A stretch of 57,674 bases of DNA from a virus (Duplodnaviria; Caudoviricetes), in the IMG/VR virus record IMGVR_UViG_3300020733_000019, positions 1-57,674 of that record. The stretch is one strand, 5' to 3'. Each line of letters opens with the position of its first letter. Within the stretch, counting starts at the first letter, position 1. Both the position numbers and the translations under genes were made by a program. The notes beneath the pieces were generated by a model, which saw nothing but the letters and a program-made list of their open reading frames with translations, ran no database searches and was not told where the DNA came from. This document shows positions 40,301 to 47,500 of the stretch, piece after piece.

Positions 40301-41459
40301 AACTCCAGTTTGTTGCTCCACTAAATGTACTAGTTGAAGTATGTGCTAGTGTACAAATGTAAAGATTTGCACCATATGTAACTACATCGTTAACACGATA
40401 TCGTGTACTACTACCGCTCCAAGTACCTTGATAATAAATTCCTGCATTAAATGTTGACCATTTACTTTGATCATTTTCTAAACCTAGTGTTGCTGTGTTA
40501 GCCGAAACGTGTGCAGTATTACATACGTATGTGTATCCGCTATAACTTACTAAATCGTTTAATTTATATCTTGTATTAGTAGTCCATGCACCAATCCAAT
40601 TAATATTGCTTGAATAAGGAACCCAATATTCAACTACAAATGTTAAACCAGATGGGGTTCCTGCAGTCGTAGAGATTGCTGTGCCGCCTTGTGTAGCACT
40701 TAAAGTGAATCCCGTACCTAATCCATTTGTTGCAATGATATAATATGTACCATTGCCGCTAACAGTTCCGTTAATTGTACCTGATCCGCCATTTGTTCCG
40801 GAGATTACAACTGCCATACCTACGTTTAATGTAGTTGACGAACAAGTAAATGTTCCGTTAGCGCCAATTGCAGATACTGTAACTGTATTGTACTGACTAT
40901 TTTCTAATCCTAGTTGACTTGCGCCAGCTACTGTACCCATTACGGTACCAGTTAATGTTTGAGCAAGAGCATAACTTACTGTAGTAGTTGTACAAGCGGT
41001 AACTGTAAATGTTCCATTGAAGCCTGTTTGAGATGTAAAACCGGCAACTGTGATTGATGCGCCGACTAGATAAGGTTGTACTACTTGTTGGTTAAATGTA
41101 ATAGTTGCAGTAGAGCCATTAGCAGTTGCGGCTGTGGCAGTTAGTGTAGCAGTAGAACTTGTACTTGTGTGTGCAGTAGTACACTGATAAATTAATCCAC
41201 CATATAATGCTAGATCCCCAAGATTATATGTAGTAGCATTTACCCATGTTCCACGCCATTGGCTACCGTCTGCTATTAAATTCCATAATGTTGGATTAGC
41301 AGTTAAATCTGTATTAAACGAAGATGACGCAGTATTAGATACAACACAAATATATGTTTTTCCACCAACTGTGACAATATCGTCAACTACATATGAGCCG
41401 CCTGAAGCCCATGCTCCTTGATATACAGGTTTAATTCTACCTAGTTTATATTCTGCCAT
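28398..41459 (-). CDS. Giant virion fibre/adhesin, 4353 aa (carbohydrate-binding-like repeats, split beta-helix, helical repeats, beta-propeller)
   Basis: Uninterrupted 13-kb ORF, T/S/G/A-rich. N-terminal W...Y..GDVV.YGG.TY.C...H repeats; YVS..GSD...KPW.SI..A, GDELR and RS.YVQN beta-helix segments; W..IAYGN..FVA blades; C-terminal HDFL.IG.G...GRVF.TSTDQDGNF.VG. Confidence 0.85.
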   Translation of the reverse strand: MAEYKLGRIKPVYQGAWASGGSYVVDDIVTVGGKTYICVVSNTASSSFNTDLTANPTLWNLIADGSQWRGTWVNATTYNLGDLALYGGLIYQCTTAHTSTSSTATLTATAATANGSTATITFNQQVVQPYLVGASITVAGFTSQTGFNGTFTVTACTTTTVSYALAQTLTGTVMGTVAGASQLGLENSQYNTVTVSAIGANGTFTCSSTTLNVGMAVVISGTNGGSGTINGTVSGNGTYYIIATNGLGTGFTLSATQGGTAISTTAGTPSGLTFVVEYWVPYSSNINWIGAWTTNTRYKLNDLVSYSGYTYVCNTAHVSANTATLGLENDQSKWSTFNAGIYYQGTWSGSSTRYRVNDVVTYGANLYICTLAHTSTSTFSGATNWSLFVAGFEFQNSWLVGTSYVQGDVVSYGGYTYIALQNNTGQTPSTATSYWQPFTTGLTFAGAWSASPSGIQTGQTGYRIGDVVTVDGYTYLAIADNAVQTVTATATTNPTATMPLTTISSAGALSIGGTVTGTVTIGMYLSGGGLTANTYYITGGSGTSWTTNYTGTAISSTTITGTNNLITVSSTANLVTGLPITFGTALGGLSTSQQYYVGYILSGGTTFTVNTTVGGAPVLLSAASGSSVGTTNPKPPFTTYWAQLNSGIKWNPSYNTYTGLSATNIVGTGTGAQFTVLAKNTTYTVTVTSGGTGYSATNTMKILGTSLGGASPANDLTITVSTVSGGVIQSGGVTSTGISVTWASGATYVLGDTVLWGVSTYICVLAHVGASGNRPDNDTTGTYWNLMASGTEQAVLTTQGDMFYYGANGPTRLPIGTDGQVLRVNGTTPAWQYYGQINNLVYVSPAGSDVVGNGQGTTIDKPWQSIRYACQQVEDGYLNPSAKFLLTANKQFIVKEVSNYLNYTYSFNVTGTATTIITVGGTSTVAQTTTSNMYSGMPITFSTSSGNIVAGTVYYVATIPSSTTFTIATSYALSQVPTLFTVGTGSTNISTYNYIASKTERDAGLVIQGLIFDITHNGTYQTTTNVQAYFTSNGSTFTSGVNSYDVVPFNSSLNYLANTLVPNVLANTAPGTNYQSTLNPAIATTGASGTGTVATITYTGSAFTVGSYVTVAGVTPTGYNGTWQVTASSSGSVSFLSSTTGSQTVAGTVQTEKAKQQINTNYTVETGVLSKAQTLVGYLTSCLSAGTTNNVLPAVINPATTISIKTGTYNEVLPINVPAYTALVGDELRSTVVQPFAADVTLATVVPKAVVALNRIKTLIPNLMSNTAITPTTGNTTAQVTSLPAASTGSSTAITNLQTSFNIIYELVATGLHGTPVIQMPQPSGYSTGSITNIAYATTSGSNPTGTTTGYATAFTQIQQNYNFLITETLQYLANNPGTSGFTTSNATQYGLGVRDITYILDSVLYDLTYGGNTQSLIAGAAYYSLNILQITAAQTAAYTAALTRLRAAIITVARGTGFSATSGNNVVQVTVGGDGGVAASNFAGDRIQNVINWINNPTAPDAQVLPYIGAQSVALQTAFNTVTGLISNIASDAQYWTYKYYQGVTYVNPNLINRDATLIATYTAYDMVFGSNFNAIQIARAFNRANTSATNLRSSSSGELAPTLGAINFMYYKMKQIAASGAVAQIQTTIDDLTAYLQGGPAAPPQITWSQQALPQATYTGVTALSVTGGGDGTAAFTITRLSNGNGYYSYTVVPTVAGASYTTSSKLRISGASIGGVTSTNDITLNVTQVSSGGVQYVTVSDPGTAIGMLEANRAYLIAEAVAYFTTNYSSLTSNPNYSLAKTQRDMGYILDALHYDMTYGGNWASQNAGMAYYSALYGTQISAGFGTAFAATLNYIATLLNSYVITGTSYGSSLQATVTQVLQTTNGVVGSARDAGRMQTLMFVVIDIVNNGLTSGVPTTIITTIASGTTFTTGTLSNTITNTNGTTVTLQTAASYNQGTPILTGGSITTTSGLAATTTYYVAATTTSSTTVTLSTSLANVYAGTVITFTGGSTAISNGAVTVGTANHGLSAGDMIIPQSTTNGLTSTIIGSTVTPYYVISTGLTSTQFQLSNSYNGTAITSFTNGTGLSIAVQTINMPTLANTNSTALSAWIAVSASVPTYQSGSTAAFTATINGTTTLNVTAVASGTIALGMSITGTGIGGGATITAFGTGTGGTGTYTMSVAATSGTQAVPVTGVSVSAVSQASVVGYINTNYTAFSYLQSYTQRDVFNVTLAMFLDVLLGSNFATVQAGRAYNRTQDYKVQGYELTVTVAALNYLQTLVATTLSASTYTATLTTATTNINTIISYVGTSQYVQPQMNGTTTYNNTLGIIEGAEILRANIPFLQNEVTAYYAATYTYTVASTATSTNIITTNNPHALVVNDPVQFIPTTASTTATASNSSSQITLNSLTGIVVGGSVVFGTSFGNIVAGTTYYVLTATGGQITVSSASPGGALFVTGTVASTSSSVSYTGFVSGNLSANTTYYVASVPSTTTFTVTTSEGFTNINTGTTGTVVSLSTVSTPAFSVQYYAPTALTQNDIQYYLNAIIYDLQYTGNYRSLRYAQVLLNSINGSAQSNFFLVRNASGIRNMTMTGLTGYLGTASVAFGTKRPTGGAYTSLDPGFGPNDSNAWIYSRSCYVQNCTMFGYAVYGAKVDGALHSGGYHSMVANDYTCIIGDGIGWMTTGAGSLSELVSVFNYYSYAGYMAELGGRIRATNGNSSYGVYGVVAEGVDTTEVPLYGNLNNRANPAYITNVVTDGTTQVLRFEYENAGSGYSSSVPSISGSGYNASAFQDEFRDAALFETRLIDLNNGNGVGGSSYVTATNVGQVVTNNYSIIIAATDTALTNAYNGMRVQIVAGTGVGQYANMLSYSNPTKTALVIRDSIAPFAVTATTNATGINNTAGVITTNSYWGTVLAPAGTQTGSFAAGQFLTSSGTITTGTYITGTVNSATLTTTSITSTGGSLAGTISAISGSGSAATPWAATITLTSGTTAALVVGGQFVATSGTGTLYGGSPTSVTVTAITSSTVFTYAVVGGTTPTAGTVTAITQAVLTASAASNLLPGMALATVSTPAYVAGQVSATGTALATATFTGTSGTNTITLSTFTVGSIATIAVGQFIGPISGIPANTFITAVNITTNIITVSNTLYGAVAGSASAYTAGGAGTYALTATSFGTITGTPTTATSWPISPSQSQYSATITATQNTLTVSSTANMYNGMPIFLGTTVAGLTALSAYYVQGLTTSNTFSLATGATITASNANIAVVTTTTTSTVTVTAVSTVNNLITATNTLTAGQTLTFSSSFNGVDTGTTYFVNATNLTTSAFAISTTPFVGTTVTITSTGSASSTGTIGTALYAAGWDHVVAGTAIQSQLDLTTGYIIEPRINYSAPGYLGTSRTVTSGAYGAVGFGAGRFVATVTSGTATQYSTNGTSWSVGGVLPSSQTWNNVIYGGGQGATATAVVGGFGGAGAVLTAVIGTGTSATQVVSVTIVNGGYNYTTPPTIVFVSSSGSGATATCTVLNGAITSVTMTINGSGYTAPPTVTANTSIVSSVTMNTWGKNYYSTPSVTFSQPQGLSPTAYPISGSATATTYYQTTAGRIYLCVTSGTTSSTVPTFDYTTASGYTNIQNGTAYFTYVATQASGTPTFSNGAVTAIAVTTAGYGYTSVPTVTILDTGAVFLAMSTTSSTGTYFAYNLPSTLSSAWTVLGNGTGNAYIPVLNLYGIAYGAGTYVAVGGASGTATAASSSNPISASGWISRTLTALSAGYYSAVAYGAGGNASGTFIAINYGGTVTSISNNGSSWNAGGVLPSTQNWTSIAYGNNRFVALASNGAVAYTVNYGTNWIASPACLGTTTSVLSSAYTWTKIAYAQGQFVAISQGTVAATSPDGLVWTLRTLPSSTNWSAIAFGNLSNISTTAIGAQPIWAIVSSTSGTAAGSLRLGTQPQGRMKVASGAITEVRMVEPGSGFSKGNVSATTTSTNVITVDDTTGLSTSLANNQPVEFSASSGGLTTNTTYYIIGSSIVTNTSFQVTATAGGTTAVTLSTTSPTGMIYTAGPVVTQIDPNKVNTAPLRVRMGDGALANPSFTNRGLNNATATANTAGDGYADLYQNSSFINVSNIYAIPTAGANVQFASIGGSNQWYKLVTVSNILGIAGNYTATFQINPALSTLLAPAHNVLITTRLKYSQVRLTGHDFLYIGTGNQTQTNYPNVVPSNAIQANQSYATGGGRVFFTSTDQDGNFNVGNLFGVQQSTGTATLNASAFALSGLQSLTLGNLQVGTGSATITSFSTDPYFTANSDNVVPTQKAIKSYITAQIGGGSSSLNVNTITSGQIYIANNTISNTTGNQILVTSKMTFTGGIDGAPVALAFFSQR

Positions 41460-41479
41460 TTTTTATCATCCTCTGATAG

Positions 41480-41487
41480 TATTTATA
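41480..41487 (-). promoter_or_regulatory. Perfect T4 late promoter TATAAATA
   Basis: Minus strand TATAAATA-ctatca-GAGG-...ATG of the 4353-aa gene. Confidence 0.85.
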
Positions 41488-41507
41488 TAAATTGCTTTTA
41501 ATGATTT

Positions 41508-44500
41508 TTAACTGTTTCTGCGGAACGAATTTCTTGCAAAAAAGCTCAAAGCTGCCATATTTCCGTCTACGCCTATATTAACTAATCCCGCATTTAATAC
41601 TTGTCCAAAATAAATTTTTGATGTCATTTTTATATTTGAACCAGTAGTTCCGTTTGGAATAGTTGATTTTATAAAATTAGGCCCGCCAACAACTACAGTA
41701 CCCGCTGTTAATTGTCCTGTAAATGTGTTTGCACCACCTTGACTTAATCGACTTGTTAGATAAGTTCTAATTGCTTTTTGTGTCGGTACAACACTATCGC
41801 TATTAGCTGAGAATGTGCTATCAGTACTGAATTGTTGAATAACAACACTTGATCCACCAATACTAATACCGCCTAAACTTAAAGTTGTTAGGCCTGTTAA
41901 ACCAAATTGGCTAGCACTTAAGGTTACAATACCGGTCGCTTGCTGAACTCCAAATAGACTACCGACTTTAAAGTTACCATCTTGGTCGGTTGATGTATAG
42001 AACACACGACCATAGTTGGCTTCAATAGTTTGATTATTAGGATATGCAAGCGCATTGCTAGTTGCAGGATATTGAGAATTTATTAAATCTCCAGAACCAA
42101 TATATAAGAAATCGTGATTTGTTAATCTTGCCTGACTATATTTTGTACGAATACTTACTACAGTTCCATTAGCAGTTGCATTTGCATTTGTAATAGCTGG
42201 ACTAACTGATACGTTAGCTTCTAAGTTAGGAGCTGTAGTTCCGTACACTGCATAAGCACTTGTAACTTTATAAATTTGACTTACTCCGGTAATTGTTAAG
42301 TTATCTCCCGGGCTAGGCAAGCGTGTTAAGTTATTGAGAATAACAGTTAGTCCTGTTTGATATTGATCAGCATATCCTGATCCAGTTACTAACACAACAG
42401 TTGAATTACTATTATATCCGTTACCTTTATTATAAAATGAAGGACTACTTAAAACACCGTTACTAATTCTAGCAGTTACTTGAACGTTTGTTGTAACATT
42501 TGGATCTGTAACTATTACTGAAGGGGATGCAAATGATGTGCTACCACTAGACATTATATATCCACCTCCTGGTTCCCATTCACTAACACTAGTAATAATC
42601 CCAGAACTAACAGATGCTCGTCCTTTAGTTCTGCAACCTGCGTTAACAATACTTCCTGCGTTTTGTGAAGAAAGCGTTGCAATAACTCCATAATTTGTAG
42701 TTGTAAAACCAAATGCTGTTGCTCCGCTGTATGATTGAGATGCAACTGTTTGTTGATTCCATTGCAAACAATCCTCGCTAGTATATGCAGTAGTACTAGT
42801 TCCACTAAGTGCTGTAAATACTCCCTGTCCATATGTAACTGCGGTTGCTACAACTGCAATATTACTACTGTACCATGTGCTACCATTTTGTGTATATATC
42901 GGTGTAATAGAAGTACTCGATACTACAACAAATGTTTGTTGTCCATACGCAATACTCGTCCATGTCGAACTTGCTGGTAATGTACTTGCATACCATGTTT
43001 GTCCATTAAAGCTATAAGCGGCTGCGGTGCTTCCGCTAGAAATAGCAACAAATAATCCGTTACCGTATGCTATTCCAGACCATGCACTAGAAGTTGGTAA
43101 TCCTGTTCTAATACCAGTCACAGAACCTAATATGCTAACAGTATAAGTTCCTGTTAATGCAAATTGTACTTGCGAAGTAGTACAAGCAGTAACCGTAAAT
43201 GTTGTGTTGATAGTATTAACTGTTCCACTTGTTTGTAATGGACTAAATCCAGTTAGGGTAACTGTTCCGCCAATTGTAAATGGTGCTATAGATTGTGTTG
43301 CATAAGTTAAAGTCGCTGTGCCTCCACTAACTGTAAATCCTGTAGCGGTTAAAGTACTCGATGTTTGGCATGCAGTCCATGTTGTACCATAATTTGTACT
43401 ATATACACCGGTACTTGTACCAGATGCAAATGTTACAAAAGTTCCATTTCCATAAGCAATATTAGACCATGTTGTACTTGATGGTAGAGTACTAGTTCTC
43501 CATCCTTGGCCATTAGATTTACTTACTGCCGCAGTAGCTGATCCAGAAGCTACTGCAACCCAATAACCATTACCATAGGCAATGCTACTCCAGGACTGTG
43601 CAGACGGTAAAGTAATACTAGACCATGTTTGCCCATCGGATGACCCTGCGGCTGTTTGTCCTGTATTTGGCAAGGCAATCCAGTACTTTTGTCCATAGGC
43701 CATTGTAGTCCAAGATGCACCGGCAGATAATGAAACACCACTAGTATAAGTTGTTTGTCCAAATGTAGGTGTACTATATGTTAATCGAGGTTCTATGTAG
43801 TATACACTAGAATTATCTAGAACAGCCTGAATAGGAGTTCCTGGATTAATATGATCCCACCCGACCGAGGCTATGTTCATCGATCCAGTTTTTGTTACTA
43901 GTGATATTGGAGTAGCTGTAGTTGAACTACCAGATACTGTACCTTGTGCTAATGATACTGCAAAAGTTGTTCCAGTAGTTGACGGTATTGATTGGACATA
44001 ATAAGTTTGCCCAATGGTTACGGCCGATCCTCCGAACAAACTAGTAGAGAATGTTGCAGTCATACTTCCTGATGGGCTCAGAGTTAATGTTTTAACAGCA
44101 TTGGTACTTGCACCGCTCATAGTGCCAGTTGAGCCAGCAAGAGTAAATGATGCTGGGCAAGTTCTAGCTGTCATAATACCGCTGCCGCCTGCCATCGTAA
44201 TTGCCGCTCCGCCTGGTGTTTGACTTATCGTAAATGATGTTAAGTTGTTAATCGCTTGAATATAATAAACAGTTCCAGATATGATATTAGTTTCCCAACT
44301 TGTTCCAACAAAATTTACTGGTTGATTAGATACAAATCCGGTTGTAGAAGCCACTGTAAGTAAGTTTGTACCATTAGCAGTAGCAGTCATACTAGTTGTA
44401 ATTAATGAGCCGGCTACTGTAAATTGTGTTGAATTAATAATACTAGAAATATAGTATTTTGTGCTATCAACAATATTATCAAATACATTTGTAAACACAA

Positions 44501-47500
44501 TCGGATTCAATGGTACTAAAGCAGAAGTCCCTCCAACTGATGAAACTGTTAGTGCGTTAGTACCAACTGTTGTTGTAGATACTGTTATTGAAACTAGTGT
44601 TGTAGATATTGTAAAATTATTAATATCAATAATATCACTAATATAATACACAGTACTGTCTGTAACTCCGCCTAGTGCTGTTCCAGTGAACTGGACTGGA
44701 TAGTTAACAACCATGTTAGTAGTACTAGCTTGCAAATAGTTTGTATTAGCAATATAGTTCATGATCATAGTTCCAGTACCACTGTTTAACGCATAAGTTG
44801 TTCCAGCAAAGTTGGCACTGATTTGGACTGTAGTTGGGCCTAAAATTGCAGAAACATAATATGTATAACCTGTAACTACGTTACTAAAAATTGAATAGCC
44901 AATAGGTGCAGTAAATGTAACGCCCATGTTAACAGTTAAACCAACAGTGCTTGACACAGTAAAATAATTACTAGTTCCGCCAGTAGCTTGAGTTACTGTT
45001 GTTTGTGCTAAATTAGTAGAAATGACAGTTGTTGTAAAATATGTTGGAATAAACTGCACTGGCTGATTTAAATATAGTGTGCTAACATTAAGATTATTTT
45101 GTAATGTAAACAGTCCGGTCCCAGAATTTGTACTAATTATCTGTAGACTACTGAACGATTCTTTTAGTACCCATGCATATTTTGGAGTAGAGCCAGTTGT
45201 TCGACTATCAAAATAACTTATGTATCCATATTGTCCCGCGCCTGTACCGCTGTTAATAAACACACGCATACCGGTATAATTAGCATTTGTATTAGTGTCA
45301 GATAATGATAATTGCACAAATTGATTAGTTCCAGCTTGTGCGTTATTGCTAGCTGTTAAATATCCTGCACCACCAGTAATACCATTAGTGTCGGTTGTTA
45401 CGTATGTTTGGAATATGCTGGCACTTCGTAATTCATCTGCAATAGTAACAACACCAGTACCTGAACCGGTTATATTAAGATTAGCATAAGCTGTATATTT
45501 TGAAGTTGATACTACTTCAAGGTAGAAATTAGGTTTGTATGCACTGTTTGATAATTCAAGTTGACTACCGTAAACATATGAATACTGTCCTGCTGTTCCG
45601 TTATAACCTCTAGGATATAGTCTAAATTGTAAATTTGTATTTAGGCCAGTAGTGTCATTAATAGTCATCCATAATCTATACCATCCAAGAGTAGGACCGC
45701 TTGTAGAAATTGCTTGACTAATAGCTCCGTATTGATTTGGTAAAAATCCCCCTCCTGAACTTCCTGGCGTAACTGTTCCAGTAGCAAAGTTATAATTGAG
45801 AGTACTAGTTACAGTACTACTTCCAGAAAATATACCATATAAATCTATACTAGTAGCAGTACCTTTTTTAATATAAATGCTCAAAGTATAATTTAGAGCA
45901 CTGTTAATTGGAACAGTTCCCGAACTTGTTACTGTTAAAATTGAAGCGAGAGATCCGGTTGATGCAACTGTGATAACACAGTCATTAACGCTATTAACTC
46001 CGCCTAGTTGGCCACCAGCAACAAATAATTGATTACCACTAACATAACCGGTTCCGCCACTAGTTGGAACAACAATGTAACTTGTACTAGTAACTGTGAT
46101 TGTGAATAATGCACTAGTTCCAGATCCACTAACATTAACCGCACTCACGTTTGTATATGTAGTACCGGCGGATGGTATTGCTACATTCTGATAAACATAA
46201 CTACCATCTGGCCCTGCTGTTAATCCTTGTAAACTCCAAGCTTCACCGTTTCCAGTTGGTGCTATCGTATTTTTTGCAAATACAACATTACCATCCGAAC
46301 TCCAATTTCCGCCAAGGAAGTTGTTACTATAGTTTAACATATTTGTAGTTGGAGTATAGTAAGCAGATCCTGCATTAGCATAATTTAATCTTAATAATTG
46401 TGCCGAACTACCGTAAGCACTTTGTACTGTTGCTTGTATTTGAGTAGATTGATTAAAAACACTACCGGTAGCAGGAGTTTCTGTAACATCATAACCTGTT
46501 GCAATAACACCGTATACACCATATGATGAGTTACCGTTGGTAGCACGAATACGCCCACCAGCTTCTGCCATATATCCAGAATATCCATAGTATGAGAACA
46601 CTGATACCGCCTCAGTTAGTGCTCCAGGTCCTGTACACCATATACCAATACCATCGTTAACAATGTGAGTAAAATCATTACACACAATAGATTTATTTCC
46701 GCCGTTATGTAATGTACCGTCAATCTTAAGAGCTGTACAACCGTTACCAAATGCTGTAACGTTTTGTACATAAGGACTACGTCTATAGATCCAGGCGGTC
46801 GTATCATTAGGTCCTAAGCCTGGATCTAAACATGCATAACTTCCGCCAGTTGGGCGTTGTAAGAGATATGTATCTACAGCACCAAGCGTTCCTAATAGTC
46901 CAACTAATGTCATATTGCGCAGTCCAGTACCGTTACGCAGACGGAACATATCTTTTAATGCATCGCCAGCATACATTGACATGTTACCATTTGTATATGT
47001 TAAAAGTTGAATAATTGTAGATCCAGTATTGGCAATTCCGGTTATACCGCCAGATGCTGATGTTGTAAGTACAGTAATATTAACATCGTTAACTGATAAA
47101 TTAACAGTACCTGTTCCAGATAATGCTACTCCGTTGTAAGTAAATGATGTACCTACAGTATTTGCACTTGCGCCGCTTGTAATAAAATTTGTATTGCCAA
47201 CTGTAACAATAGTATAAACTAAACCATTAGTTAATGCAGTTGCAGAGGTAGTTGGTGCACCAACAGTAGCGCCAACTATTCTTAGAGTATCACCGCTTGA
47301 ATAGCTACTACCACTGTAACTATTTAAAACTGTATATTTTCCATTGCTTGCGGCACTTACTGTAAATGTTGCACCAGTTCCGGCACTTGAGACGTTAGTA
47401 GCTGTTAGATAAGTGTATGTACCAGTAGTACCGGTTATACCAAACTGATTAGTTGATGTATTAATAGTTGAGCCAACTGCATAATATTTTTGCCCGGTAT